A stretch of DNA of 40,511 nucleotides from a virus. Its lineage: Duplodnaviria; Caudoviricetes. Below are positions 1 through 8,079 of the stretch, piece after piece; position 1 is the first letter of the stretch, and the number at the start of each line of letters is the position of its first letter. Location: positions 1 to 40,511 of IMG/VR virus record IMGVR_UViG_3300017658_000007; one strand, 5' to 3'. Made by a program: the position numbers and the translations under genes. The notes under the pieces are model-generated. The model worked only from the letters and a program-made list of their open reading frames with translations, had not been told where the DNA came from and ran no database searches.

Positions 1-421
1 AGTAGCGGAGTACTTGCAGGCTGTGCGACGGAGCGTCGGGCCAGACACGACGCGCGGCCTTGAGCGTGCAAATCCAGACCTTGCCGCCGACCGCTACATC
101 AAGGAACTTCTTCTCGTAGGCGCTGCTGTGTGCCGCGAGGAAGTCCGCGCCCTGCAGAAGCGCCGGCAGCATCTGATCGAGCGTCGCCGCCCCGGCCAGA
201 TCGGCGTTGCTGATGTGGTGCACGGCGCGCGCATCAGGCTCGATCTCGATGCCGCTGTTGACCAGCTGAGCCACACCAGACCCCGGTCGCAGGCTGGGCA
301 CCCATCGACCTTCGCCGGCCTCCGTCATCACCACGTCGTGCCATCCGATCTCGCAGATGGCCGCGTCCGGCGGTTCCTTGCTGGAGGTGGTCTCCACGTC
401 GATGCAGCGGATGATCTTCAT
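1..421 (-). CDS. 3'-5' exonuclease, DEDDh/DnaQ family (exonuclease X-like); partial, runs off left edge
   Basis: Not in the ORF track; translated by hand as MKIIRCIDVETTS...ICEIGW...ARAVHHIS...FLAAHSSAYEKKFL...WICTLKAARRVWPDAPSHSLQVLRY. It shows the ExoI DxE motif and ExoX-like segments. The ATG overlaps the ERF stop (ATGA). Confidence 0.85.
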   Translation of the reverse strand, partial: MKIIRCIDVETTSSKEPPDAAICEIGWHDVVMTEAGEGRWVPSLRPGSGVAQLVNSGIEIEPDARAVHHISNADLAGAATLDQMLPALLQGADFLAAHSSAYEKKFLDVAVGGKVWICTLKAARRVWPDAPSHSLQVLRY

Positions 422-1170
422 GCCGATGCTCCCTTCGCGATCTTCGCGTCGAGCAGGGCCATCGCGCGCTTGAACTGGCCGGCCGGGAGGTCCTCGATGC
501 GCTCGATCTCGAACTTGGCGAGGAACTTCGGCAGGTCGGCATTCGCCTCGATGATCTTCGAGCGGAGGTCGGCGGCCTGATCTTCCGTCAGCCCCTTCTC
601 CGGCTCCGATGACCGCCCATCGTCATCAGCCGCCGCCGCCAGCCCGAGCGCTGCCTTGAGCGTGTAGCGCTGGAGGAAAGTGATCGTCGAGCCGATGGCC
701 TGGATGCTGTTCTTGTTGCCGCTGTCGTCGCGTCCGGCGGTTAGCGTGTTCTCCTCGGCGTGCCCGTCGCGATGCGAGAGGATGCAGGTCACCGTGACCG
801 GCTCGTTCGGCGGCGACGACGTGCGGAAGCGGTAGGACAGGCCGTGCTTGGAGAGGATCGGGTCGACCGACCGGGCGATCTCCGCCAAATCCTCGAATAC
901 GTAGTTGGTGCGGACGCCGGTCTTACCGGTGAAGTCGACCACCCGGTTCTTGCGAATGACCGGGACTTCCGCCTTCGCCAGCGCGATCGCCGCGTCGAAA
1001 GCCTTCCGGGCCTGATTGCGCTCGTGGCGCTCCTGGAGGTCCATGAACTTCTCCAGCGTCGCCATGTCGGCGCCGCGGGACAGAGCCCGGTCGAGCAGTT
1101 GTAGCGGCGTCACTTCGCGGCCGGCCGGAGCCTCGTCCACGATGACGATTTCGTTCGCGTGAGCGTTCAT
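418..1170 (-). CDS. erf: ERF-family single-strand annealing protein
   Basis: Motifs include AFDAAIALAKAEVPVIRKN, YVFEDLAEI, ILSKHGLSY, VTCILSHRDGH and IQAIGSTITFLQRYTLKAALGLA..DDDG. Start taken at MNAHANE. Confidence 0.92.
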   Translation of the reverse strand: MNAHANEIVIVDEAPAGREVTPLQLLDRALSRGADMATLEKFMDLQERHERNQARKAFDAAIALAKAEVPVIRKNRVVDFTGKTGVRTNYVFEDLAEIARSVDPILSKHGLSYRFRTSSPPNEPVTVTCILSHRDGHAEENTLTAGRDDSGNKNSIQAIGSTITFLQRYTLKAALGLAAAADDDGRSSEPEKGLTEDQAADLRSKIIEANADLPKFLAKFEIERIEDLPAGQFKRAMALLDAKIAKGASA

Positions 1171-1487
1171 CGACGTGCCTCCAGGGTCTGGCGCATGGAC
1201 CTCTTGGGCCAGCGGTATTTCGGCTTGGCGCCGATGTACTTCTGCCGCTGCCGGCGGATCTTGGCCGTCTTCGGCTGACTGACCTCGGCCGTGTAGCGTC
1301 GGTGGCATTTGACGTGCGCGGGCTTGCGGTTCTCGGGGACGTCCTCGCCGCCGGCCGCCAACTCGATGACGTGGTGAATCTCCATCTGGCGGCCATGCTC
1401 TATCGGCTGGCCGCACAGGCAGCAGATGCCTCCGTTGTCGTCGTAGCAGCGCTCGCGTTCGCGGGCGGAGAGGCGCTTGCGAGCCAT
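1167..1487 (-). CDS. HNH endonuclease
   Basis: CCLCG...EIHHVIELAAGGEDVPENRKPAHVKCH, followed by a basic tail. Confidence 0.88.
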   Translation of the reverse strand: MARKRLSARERERCYDDNGGICCLCGQPIEHGRQMEIHHVIELAAGGEDVPENRKPAHVKCHRRYTAEVSQPKTAKIRRQRQKYIGAKPKYRWPKRSMRQTLEARR

Positions 1488-1489
1488 GG

Positions 1490-1747
1490 TCAGTCCCCCT
1501 CTGGCTCGGCAAAGAGTTGCGAGAGCGGACCGAAGCCCGTCGTTGTATCCGTCAGGTAGGCGATGCTGCCCTCTAACAGCGTGCTGGCAACCTTCGGGTC
1601 GCCGCCAGACATGATGCTGATCATGAAGGCCGTCGAACGGAGCATCCCCTCCAATGCGGCGGACATCCTCTCCGGCTCGCGTCTGCCGGCGACCATTTCC
1701 TTGGCGACGATGCCGGTGAGGCGTACGGCGAAATCCGCGTCCATCAC
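1490..1747 (-). CDS. hypothetical protein
   Basis: 85-aa ORF tightly packed in the leftward operon, with an overlapping stop/start. Confidence 0.7.
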   Translation of the reverse strand: MMDADFAVRLTGIVAKEMVAGRREPERMSAALEGMLRSTAFMISIMSGGDPKVASTLLEGSIAYLTDTTTGFGPLSQLFAEPEGD

Positions 1748-2052
1748 CCTTCCCCCTGCTCGCCACGGGCAGCACGGAGAGCGGCTTCGGCGATCTCCTG
1801 CCTCCGGACCATCTCTTGGGCGAGGGAAGCGGCCATGCTCACCACGTCGCCGGTCTGCACATCAAACCCGGCCGCGCACTGTTCCAGTGCCTCGGCCATA
1901 GTCGGTGCGGCGGCGATCAGGCGGGCCGCCATCTCATCGGCGGAAGGCGTCCAATGGACGATGCGGCAGACCGGATAGTCGTCGGCGTTGACGACAGAGA
2001 ACGCGCCGTTTCTGCCAGTCTTGACCGACCAAGGTGCTGACCACGCATCCAT
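1744..2052 (-). CDS. hypothetical phage protein (PW...AARLIAAAP family)
   Basis: APWSV...MAARLIAAAPTMAEAL pattern common in phage early proteins; coupled to its neighbours. Confidence 0.75.
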   Translation of the reverse strand: MDAWSAPWSVKTGRNGAFSVVNADDYPVCRIVHWTPSADEMAARLIAAAPTMAEALEQCAAGFDVQTGDVVSMAASLAQEMVRRQEIAEAALRAARGEQGEG

Positions 2053-2351
2053 CACATCCCCCTCGCCAATGTCTGCTCTGCGATCCAGGAGCATCCGAGA
2101 ACGGACACGAACATCAGGACGGTGAGCGTGGGCAGTTCGTAGCGCCGGATCATGCCGAGGTCGTCGTCGCGCTCAACGGGAGAGACGGGCGTCTCGGCGC
2201 GGCCGGTGCCCTCGCACTCGGGGCAGGGCGACATGATCGCGTCGTCGTGCCAGAAGCCGCAGCCGTGCTCGTAGATGGTCGCGGTGCCGGTGCAGACCTC
2301 GCCAGTGCCGTCGCAGTACTGGCATTCGAGGAAGCGGCGCTCGGCACTCAC
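2052..2351 (-). CDS. DnaJ-type zinc-finger protein with C-terminal hydrophobic helix
   Basis: CQYCDGTG and CPECEGTG (CxxCxGxG repeats), then LTVLMFVSVLGCSWIA. The GTG start overlaps the upstream stop. Confidence 0.7.
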   Translation of the reverse strand: MSAERRFLECQYCDGTGEVCTGTATIYEHGCGFWHDDAIMSPCPECEGTGRAETPVSPVERDDDLGMIRRYELPTLTVLMFVSVLGCSWIAEQTLARGM

Positions 2352-2602
2352 GACAGCCCCCACTGGTACCGGTCGGCAGCCGCCTTGATCTCGTCAGCGA
2401 TGCGACGGATGTCGTCGAGGATCTGGTGGTTGGCAGCCGGAGCATCGTTATCGACCCGGAAGCCGATGATGCGCTGGATGTTGTCGAGGCGCTTTTCGGC
2501 CTCGCTCAAAGCCGAGCACAAACCTTCCTCGCCGGGGTCGGCCTTGAGCGAGGCACGGAACTGCTGACGGGCAGGCGAGGGGCGGGAGAAGCTTGCGGAC
2601 AT
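2348..2602 (-). CDS. hypothetical protein
   Basis: 84-aa ORF in the operon, with an AGGAGG RBS in the upstream gene end. Confidence 0.7.
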   Translation of the reverse strand: MSASFSRPSPARQQFRASLKADPGEEGLCSALSEAEKRLDNIQRIIGFRVDNDAPAANHQILDDIRRIADEIKAAADRYQWGLS

Positions 2603-2604
2603 GG

Positions 2605-2802
2605 CTATGCGGCCTCCTTCGTCTCAGAGACGACCGAGTCGTCTTCGGTGAGCATTTCGATCTCGTTCTCGAGGTCTTTGATCTCGGCGGCGATTTCCGC
2701 GTCGCTGTCCCAGTCCGACAGGCCGAGGATGTTCCACTCGTCGCGCTGGCGGGTGAGGCGGGCAATCTCAGCCCGGAGTTCGGATGCGGTGTAGGGGGTC
2801 AT
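2605..2802 (-). CDS. hypothetical acidic coiled-coil protein
   Basis: 65-aa ORF ending KEAA, with GGAGG upstream. Confidence 0.7.
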   Translation of the reverse strand: MTPYTASELRAEIARLTRQRDEWNILGLSDWDSDAEIAAEIKDLENEIEMLTEDDSVVSETKEAA

Positions 2803-2816
2803 CGTCGGGCCTCCGG

Positions 2817-3005
2817 TCAGTCGTCGAGGTTGTCGATGAAGTCGGCGACCGCTTCGGCCTCAGTCCGGCCGTAGCCATATCCGCCGAGCTCCTCCTCGCC
2901 GTCGAAGTAGGCGCACCAGTCCATCGCCATGAACGGGATCGGCGGGCGGAGGTGGCTGGTGACGATCTTCCGGCCGTTGTGTCTGTAGGCGGAGGCGTTG
3001 GTCAT
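2817..3005 (-). CDS. hypothetical protein, first gene of the PL operon
   Basis: MTNASAYRHNGRKI..PPIP..DWCAY..GYGRTEAEAV; lies directly downstream of PL. Confidence 0.75.
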   Translation of the reverse strand: MTNASAYRHNGRKIVTSHLRPPIPFMAMDWCAYFDGEEELGGYGYGRTEAEAVADFIDNLDD

Positions 3006-3031
3006 CGTCTGCCCTCTGTTCGATGAGGACA

Positions 3032-3060
3032 ACTGTAATGGGCTATTGCCCACCTGTCAA
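3032..3060 (-). promoter_or_regulatory. PL-like sigma70 promoter
   Basis: Minus strand reads TTGACA-17 nt-TACAGT, with an operator in the spacer. Confidence 0.8.
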
Positions 3061-3074
3061 TGGGCTATTTCCCA
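3039..3074. promoter_or_regulatory. OL operators (2 sites)
   Basis: TGGGCTATTGCCCA (3039-3052) and TGGGCTATTTCCCA (3061-3074) share the consensus of the sites between cI and cro. Confidence 0.88.
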
Positions 3075-3143
3075 TTTCGTCGCGGACGTGATACCACCGG
3101 GCCCACCCCGCCCCACCTGGAGCGGGCGAATCAGGAGGGAGTG

Positions 3144-3812
3144 ATGGTGCTGCTTTGGCGGCCGGTGCAGCGGGTGCTACGCTCGGATGACTACGCCGAG
3201 GGGGAGGGTGGCATCTTGGAGTTCAGGCTGACCTACGCTGGCCCGCTGTTCGCTCACCGCGATGACGGGCGGCTTCGGGGGCGTTCTGTTCATGTGCACT
3301 CGATCCGCCGTCATTTCCACCAGCAGCTTGCCGCGCTGTGGGCGGTTCATCCCGGCCTAGTGGCCATCGCCGAACGGATCCACAAGGATGGCCCGAACGA
3401 CCTGTTCCCGACGATGCGGCACGACGGGTTCGTGTGGCAGCCGATTGTTTCTGACGTCAGCGGCCTGATCTGCAAGGTTGACGTTCTGATGTTGCGCCAC
3501 GGACCGCCGGGCCACGCAATCCACGATGTGGATAATCGGCTCAAGACGCTGTTCGACGCGCTACGCAAGGCGAAGAACGTGTCGGAGCTCGGGGCCGCTG
3601 CCGGGGCAGGACTACAGACGCCTCAGGAGGGCGAGGACCCGTTCTACGTGCTCCTCGAGGATGACCGACTGATCACCGATATCGCCGTCACCACCGACCA
3701 GCTCCTGGAGCCGGTACCTGGCGTCGACAAGCCCGAGGACGGCGTGCGGCTCGTCGTGCACGTGCACATCCAGCCCTACAAGGTGATGATCGGCAACCTG
3801 ATCGTCGCCTAG
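3144..3812 (+). CDS. divergent RusA-fold protein (accessory gene in the immunity region)
   Basis: HDVDNRLKTLFDAL...LLEDDRLI matches the RusA DxDNxxK..DAL/DD pattern. The start is uncertain: ATG 3144 or TTG 3216, both with an RBS. Confidence 0.7.
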   Translation: MVLLWRPVQRVLRSDDYAEGEGGILEFRLTYAGPLFAHRDDGRLRGRSVHVHSIRRHFHQQLAALWAVHPGLVAIAERIHKDGPNDLFPTMRHDGFVWQPIVSDVSGLICKVDVLMLRHGPPGHAIHDVDNRLKTLFDALRKAKNVSELGAAAGAGLQTPQEGEDPFYVLLEDDRLITDIAVTTDQLLEPVPGVDKPEDGVRLVVHVHIQPYKVMIGNLIVA

Positions 3813-4000
3813 CCCGTCCCCGTCACCGGCTCCTTCACCCCGAGCGCCTTGAGGACACCGACCCTCTCCTTGTCCGCCTGGATCAGCGCCAGCGCGGCTT
3901 CGGCAAAGAGGATGACGATATCCGCGATCAGCATGTCGTCGGCCTCTTCGGAGGCGATTTTCAGCCGTTCGATCAGGTCATGGTTCGGGCCGTCAGCCAT
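3809..4000 (-). CDS. hypothetical protein
   Basis: 63-aa helical ORF at the end of the putative cI transcript, convergent with the RusA-like gene. Confidence 0.6.
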   Translation of the reverse strand: MADGPNHDLIERLKIASEEADDMLIADIVILFAEAALALIQADKERVGVLKALGVKEPVTGTG

Positions 4001-4017
4001 CGGTGCCGGTGCCTTTG

Positions 4018-4431
4018 TCAGTAGCGCCAGCGCATATCGCTGAGCGAGGTGAATACTACGTACAGGCAGACGAGATAGGCCAGAGCGATGAACACGGCGT
4101 CGATGTACAGCCTGGCGTGGGATCGTCGCAGCATTCGCTCAGCATTGACCTGCGTTTCAGCCATTTCGTCGTCATCGTCATCGATAAGGTCGGGTGCCTT
4201 AATCCCGGTCGCCCGCTCGATGACGGCGAGACGAAGGTGGATGCTCGTGAGTTGGGTCGTGAAGTAGAGAGCCTGGTGCAAGGCGATGCTGCGCATCGTT
4301 GTGTAGATGAGGCCCAGGATCGCCACAATAAGCTTGTCCCTTGGCTCGTAGACTTGGGAGAAGACCCACAGGATGACAACCAGATTGAAAAGACCAACTA
4401 CGACACCCCAGGCGTAGCGGACCCAATGCAT
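4018..4431 (-). CDS. membrane protein (about 3 TM helices) downstream of cI
   Basis: MHWVRYAWGVVVGLFNLVVILWVF, LIVAILGLIY and LYIDAVFIALAYLVCLYVVF. It starts 1 nt after the cI stop and has lower GC. Confidence 0.75.
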   Translation of the reverse strand: MHWVRYAWGVVVGLFNLVVILWVFSQVYEPRDKLIVAILGLIYTTMRSIALHQALYFTTQLTSIHLRLAVIERATGIKAPDLIDDDDDEMAETQVNAERMLRRSHARLYIDAVFIALAYLVCLYVVFTSLSDMRWRY

Positions 4432-4432
4432 A

Positions 4433-5032
4433 TCACAGGTCCAAAATCGTGCGCCGGACCCGCCCGACGACGAACACCTTTCGTTTCTGATCTGGAAAGA
4501 TCGGCTCGTTTGCCGGGTTCGTAGAATACGGCGCGAGCCGGGGAGGCGGGCCCGGCCGCCACAGCTTATAGGTGGCCTCGCCCCGGAGCCCAAAGACGAA
4601 CGGCTTCCCAGGGACAAGCTTCGTTTCGGCCCGATTGACGATGATGAAGGACCCTTCCGGCGAATAGCGGTCCATGGAATCGCCCACCACTCGGAGGGCA
4701 AAATAGTCCCCGCGCGACAAGCCAGCCACCGGGATCGTCTTGCCTTCGCCGCTTGGCGTTGACTCGCCTTCGGCGAGCTGCCCTGCGCTTACCCATGACA
4801 GCACGGGGACAAACGTCTCCTCGCCGTCGTCTTCACCGATCAGCCGCGTGACCGTCGTCCCGAGGACATTCGCGATCTTCTGGAGCTTGTCGATTGTAGG
4901 AACGCGGTCGCGCTCAAGTACGTCGCGCACATAGGTCTCGCCGAGACCCGCATCCAGCGAGAGCTTCTTCATCGTCGGCTGCCCAGGGCCACCCACCAAG
5001 CCCCGGAGCCGTTTCCTCCACTCATGCTCCAT
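4433..5032 (-). CDS. cI: CI-like repressor (HTH plus S24 peptidase)
   Basis: HTH MKKLSLDAGLGETYVRDVL; cleavage site VSAG; catalytic GDSM and ATYK. Divergent from the cro-like gene. Confidence 0.93.
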   Translation of the reverse strand: MEHEWRKRLRGLVGGPGQPTMKKLSLDAGLGETYVRDVLERDRVPTIDKLQKIANVLGTTVTRLIGEDDGEETFVPVLSWVSAGQLAEGESTPSGEGKTIPVAGLSRGDYFALRVVGDSMDRYSPEGSFIIVNRAETKLVPGKPFVFGLRGEATYKLWRPGPPPRLAPYSTNPANEPIFPDQKRKVFVVGRVRRTILDL

Positions 5033-5034
5033 GA

Positions 5035-5104
5035 TGGGAGATTGCCCAACGCAACCATAGCGGTCACGTGGGTAATAGCCCATTGACGGATGGGCTATAG
5101 CCCA
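5035..5104. promoter_or_regulatory. OR operators (3 sites) with PRM
   Basis: TGGGAGATTGCCCA 5035-5048, TGGGTAATAGCCCA 5069-5082 and the perfect palindrome TGGGCTATAGCCCA 5091-5104. The minus strand has GTGACC-17-CAATCT 6 nt before the cI ATG. Confidence 0.88.
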
Positions 5105-5111
5105 TTATGCT
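5083..5111 (+). promoter_or_regulatory. PR-like promoter
   Basis: TTGACG-17 nt-TATGCT with an operator in the spacer. Confidence 0.82.
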
Positions 5112-5119
5112 ACCGCCCC

Positions 5120-5320
5120 ATGGCCACAGAGAGTGAACTCCTCAAACGCATCGAGACCTACTGCGCGGCGAATGACGTGGCGCCGTCGACCTTTGGCAGG
5201 AAGGCGGTCAACGACGGCAAGCTCGTTGAGCGCCTTCGGTCGGGCAAGTCGATCACGCTCGACACGTTGCGGAAGATCGAGGCCACCCTCAACGCCCCCA
5301 CCTCAGAGGCGGCAGCATGA
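5120..5320 (+). CDS. cro: Cro-like HTH regulator
   Basis: LLKRIETYCAANDVAPSTFGRKAVNDGKLVERLRSGKSITLDT; positioned opposite cI. Confidence 0.85.
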   Translation: MATESELLKRIETYCAANDVAPSTFGRKAVNDGKLVERLRSGKSITLDTLRKIEATLNAPTSEAAA

Positions 5321-5703
5321 GCGCCGTAGCCTCCGGCCAGCTCCGCTCGTACATCGCCTCGGTCCCGGCATCGCCGGTTGCGCCTGCGACCCCCGACCTC
5401 GCAGCCGAGGAAAGCGTCGGGACTGATGCGAGCTTGGACGACAAGGCCGGGTCGGCGGTTGCCCCGGCCCTTGTCGCTTCCACCGCGGAGCCATCCCCGC
5501 GCCAAGAAAGCGATGGCACCTATCCAGTTGAGGAGAGCCGCGAGGGGCGGACCTGCTCGGGGCGTGGCCCCGAGAGCACAAACCCCGAAGCCTCGCCGCA
5601 GGACGATGGCCTCACTCCTGCGGGAACAGCGGCGACTCATCCCGACGATGACTGGCCCGAGATGCCCGCATTCCTCGCCCGCACAGAGCAGGGGAGGGGG
5701 TAG
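5317..5703 (+). CDS. disordered acidic protein with C-terminal FtsZ-tail-like motif
   Basis: ATGA-coupled to cro and abutting the next ATG. A/P/S/E/D-rich, ending DDDWPEMPAFLARTEQGRG. Confidence 0.65.
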   Translation: MSAVASGQLRSYIASVPASPVAPATPDLAAEESVGTDASLDDKAGSAVAPALVASTAEPSPRQESDGTYPVEESREGRTCSGRGPESTNPEASPQDDGLTPAGTAATHPDDDWPEMPAFLARTEQGRG

Positions 5704-6342
5704 ATGCGCGTCGCGGCCCTCTTCGTCGAGACGAACGGCGTGTACTACGGCCTGCCCGATGTCGATCCATGGGACTTGGCGCGAGACGCGCGTCTCTATG
5801 CCGGGCCGTATCCGGTCGTTGCTCACCCACCCTGCCAGCGGTGGGGCCGATACAGCGAGACCCATCCGATTACGGGCAGGATCGCGCGAACCGGCGATGA
5901 TGGAGGCTGCTTCGCCCATGCGCTGCAAGCCGTCCGCACCTACGGCGGCGTCATCGAGCACCCCAAGGACAGCAAGGCGTTTGGGGAGGAGCATGGGTTC
6001 GGGCTCGGGAAGCCGATGGCGCTGGGCTGGTCCCGCTCCAATGACGGCATCGGCTGGATATGCCAGGTCGAACAGGGGCACTACGGGCACTTCTCGCGAA
6101 AGCCGACGTGGCTTTACGCAGCGCACTGCGATCTCCCGAGCCTGATCTGGGGGCGAGCGGAGCAGCGCATTCACCCGGTCGCCCTCGCCAAGCACGGCTA
6201 CGAGAAGGCCCGCCGCATCGGCGTGATGGCGATGGTCGGCGGCAAGGACAAGACGCGCATCCGAAATGCGACCCCGCCTGAGTTCCGCGATGTCCTGCTC
6301 GACATGGCGCGCTCCGTGTCCGTCTTCGCGGAGGCAGCATGA
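5704..6342 (+). CDS. compact DNA cytosine-methyltransferase-like protein
   Basis: VAALFV (degenerate motif I), VVAHPPCQ (catalytic PC), GVIEHP (motif VI-like), RKPTWL and RNATPPEF. Confidence 0.7.
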   Translation: MRVAALFVETNGVYYGLPDVDPWDLARDARLYAGPYPVVAHPPCQRWGRYSETHPITGRIARTGDDGGCFAHALQAVRTYGGVIEHPKDSKAFGEEHGFGLGKPMALGWSRSNDGIGWICQVEQGHYGHFSRKPTWLYAAHCDLPSLIWGRAEQRIHPVALAKHGYEKARRIGVMAMVGGKDKTRIRNATPPEFRDVLLDMARSVSVFAEAA

Positions 6343-6410
6343 AGGCCGGGCGCTCCCATTCATCGAGGGCATCGGAAGCGCCCGGCCATGGCGGCGTACT
6401 CTGCCGCGTC

Positions 6411-6695
6411 TCATTTCCCCTCCGCGCCGATCTCCCCAGTGCCGGCGCGTCGAGCGGTGCCCGGCGGCACCCCCTCCCTGTCGCCGGGCACCAGCCGTTC
6501 CATGAGCCGATCCACGATGACGCCGATGTGCTCGGGCCCGGTTCGCCGCAGTTCCCCGGCATACCCCTGCATGAAGCCGATCCATTCGTCGTCGGCCCAG
6601 TCTGCGATGTAGCAGGCGACGCGATACGTCTTCGCCACATGCAGCGAAAGCGCGATCTCCAGGGCCTCGACCCGAGCTTCCAGCGCATCCTGCAT
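6411..6695 (-). CDS. hypothetical protein antisense to the early operon
   Basis: MQDALEARVEALEIALSLHVAK... with a GGAGAAGG RBS; fills the gap between plus-strand genes. Confidence 0.55.
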   Translation of the reverse strand: MQDALEARVEALEIALSLHVAKTYRVACYIADWADDEWIGFMQGYAGELRRTGPEHIGVIVDRLMERLVPGDREGVPPGTARRAGTGEIGAEGK

Positions 6696-6844
6696 TCGCC
6701 TTCTCCCTGCATTTCCGTCGAGCCGGCCAAAGCCGCCAAGCACGTCCGTCTCGACCGTGGAAGCGTTTCCGCTCCCGTCGTGTTCGTCAGGGCACGACTA
6801 TGGAGCAAACGATGGAACGGCGCGTACCAGCCAGAGGTACAACG

Positions 6845-7231
6845 GTGACCGCGATTGATTTTGTCGACAACGCCCGGGGCTATGCCCGGCTCCTCGAGGA
6901 GGATGCCGCGCAGCGTTCCGGGGTGCCAATCGAGGATGCCCGCCCTATTGTGGCCGGCAGGCTCGGCATCGCTCCGGGGACGCTCACCAGTCTCCGGAAG
7001 AACCGTCTCAAAGACATATCGGCAGCCGTCTATGACAGACTCAACAAAGCAGCCGCGCAGCTCATCGAGCGACAGATCGCCAACCTTGAGCACGAGCTCG
7101 ACGTCGTTCGGCGGCAAGGTCTGGACGGTGATCCTGATCGCTACGCGACCGCTCTGGAAGCGCTGGTTGCGCGGGCGAAGAAAGACGTAGGCCGGTCGCC
7201 TGTCGCGGCCTCCGACGATGGGGGCGCGTGA
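6845..7231 (+). CDS. HTH protein (CII-position regulator)
   Basis: IEDARPIVAGRLGIAPGTLTSLRKNRLK HTH-like segment plus coiled coil. The GTG start is uncertain. Confidence 0.7.
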   Translation: MTAIDFVDNARGYARLLEEDAAQRSGVPIEDARPIVAGRLGIAPGTLTSLRKNRLKDISAAVYDRLNKAAAQLIERQIANLEHELDVVRRQGLDGDPDRYATALEALVARAKKDVGRSPVAASDDGGA

Positions 7232-8079
7232 TGGGCGCCCCTCTCGCCATCGATCTGTTCTGCGGCTTGGGCGGCTGGACCGAAGGCCTCCTCGCCGAGG
7301 GCTATGACGTCGTCGGCTTCGACATCGAGCGGCACGTCTACGGCGAGCACCAATACCCGGCCCAGCTCGTCGTGCAGGACGTGCTCACGCTGCACGGCTC
7401 GCAGTTCCGAGCGGCTGCACTGATCGTCGCCTCGCCGCCGTGCCAGGAATACTCCTACATGGCGATGCCATGGTCGAAGGCGAAGGCCAAGGCCGCCGCG
7501 ATCCGCGCCGATAAGACCGGCGCCGAGCTCGAACACCTCAACCGCCTGTTCAATGCCTGCTTCCGCATCCAGCGCGAGGCCTGCGAGGCGGCCGGCCGGC
7601 ATATCCCGATGGTCGTCGAGAACGTGCGCGGCGCGATCCCGTGGGTGGGTCGGAGCCGGTGGAACTACGGCTCGTTCCATCTGTGGGGCGACGTGCCGGC
7701 ACTCATGCCCGCGGCGAAGCATATCAAGGTGCCGACGATGGGCGCGGGATGGTACCCGCCAGGCCACCCGAAGCATGTGCCAGGCCTTGGGTTCAACACG
7801 CATGCCGCTCGCGCCACGAAGAACACCGGCGGCTCGTGGTTCAACATCGGGTCGCCGGGCCAGAAGGTGGTGGGGCAGAACCCCGTCCATGCGCTGGCCG
7901 GCACCAAGCATGGCGGCGATTGGTTCGCGGAAGCCCGCAAAGGCGGGACGATGGCGTCCTTCAGTTCCAAATCGCCGCAACGCAAGTTCGCCTCGGCGAT
8001 GATTGCCAAAATCCCGCTGCCCCTCAGCCGGCATATCGCGGCGACGTTCCACCCCGCACATCGTCGCGAGGCTGCATGA
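7228..8079 (+). CDS. DNA (cytosine-5) methyltransferase
   Basis: IDLFCGLGG (motif I), GFDIE, ASPPCQEYS (motif IV) and VVENV (motif VI). Confidence 0.85.
   Translation: MMGAPLAIDLFCGLGGWTEGLLAEGYDVVGFDIERHVYGEHQYPAQLVVQDVLTLHGSQFRAAALIVASPPCQEYSYMAMPWSKAKAKAAAIRADKTGAELEHLNRLFNACFRIQREACEAAGRHIPMVVENVRGAIPWVGRSRWNYGSFHLWGDVPALMPAAKHIKVPTMGAGWYPPGHPKHVPGLGFNTHAARATKNTGGSWFNIGSPGQKVVGQNPVHALAGTKHGGDWFAEARKGGTMASFSSKSPQRKFASAMIAKIPLPLSRHIAATFHPAHRREAA

Noticed and set aside
6339-6848. 169-aa plus-strand ORF coupled to the first methyltransferase-like gene
   Set aside because: Although ATGA-coupled, its sequence looks non-globular and it fully overlaps a more protein-like antisense ORF with an RBS. 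It is left uncalled but not excluded.
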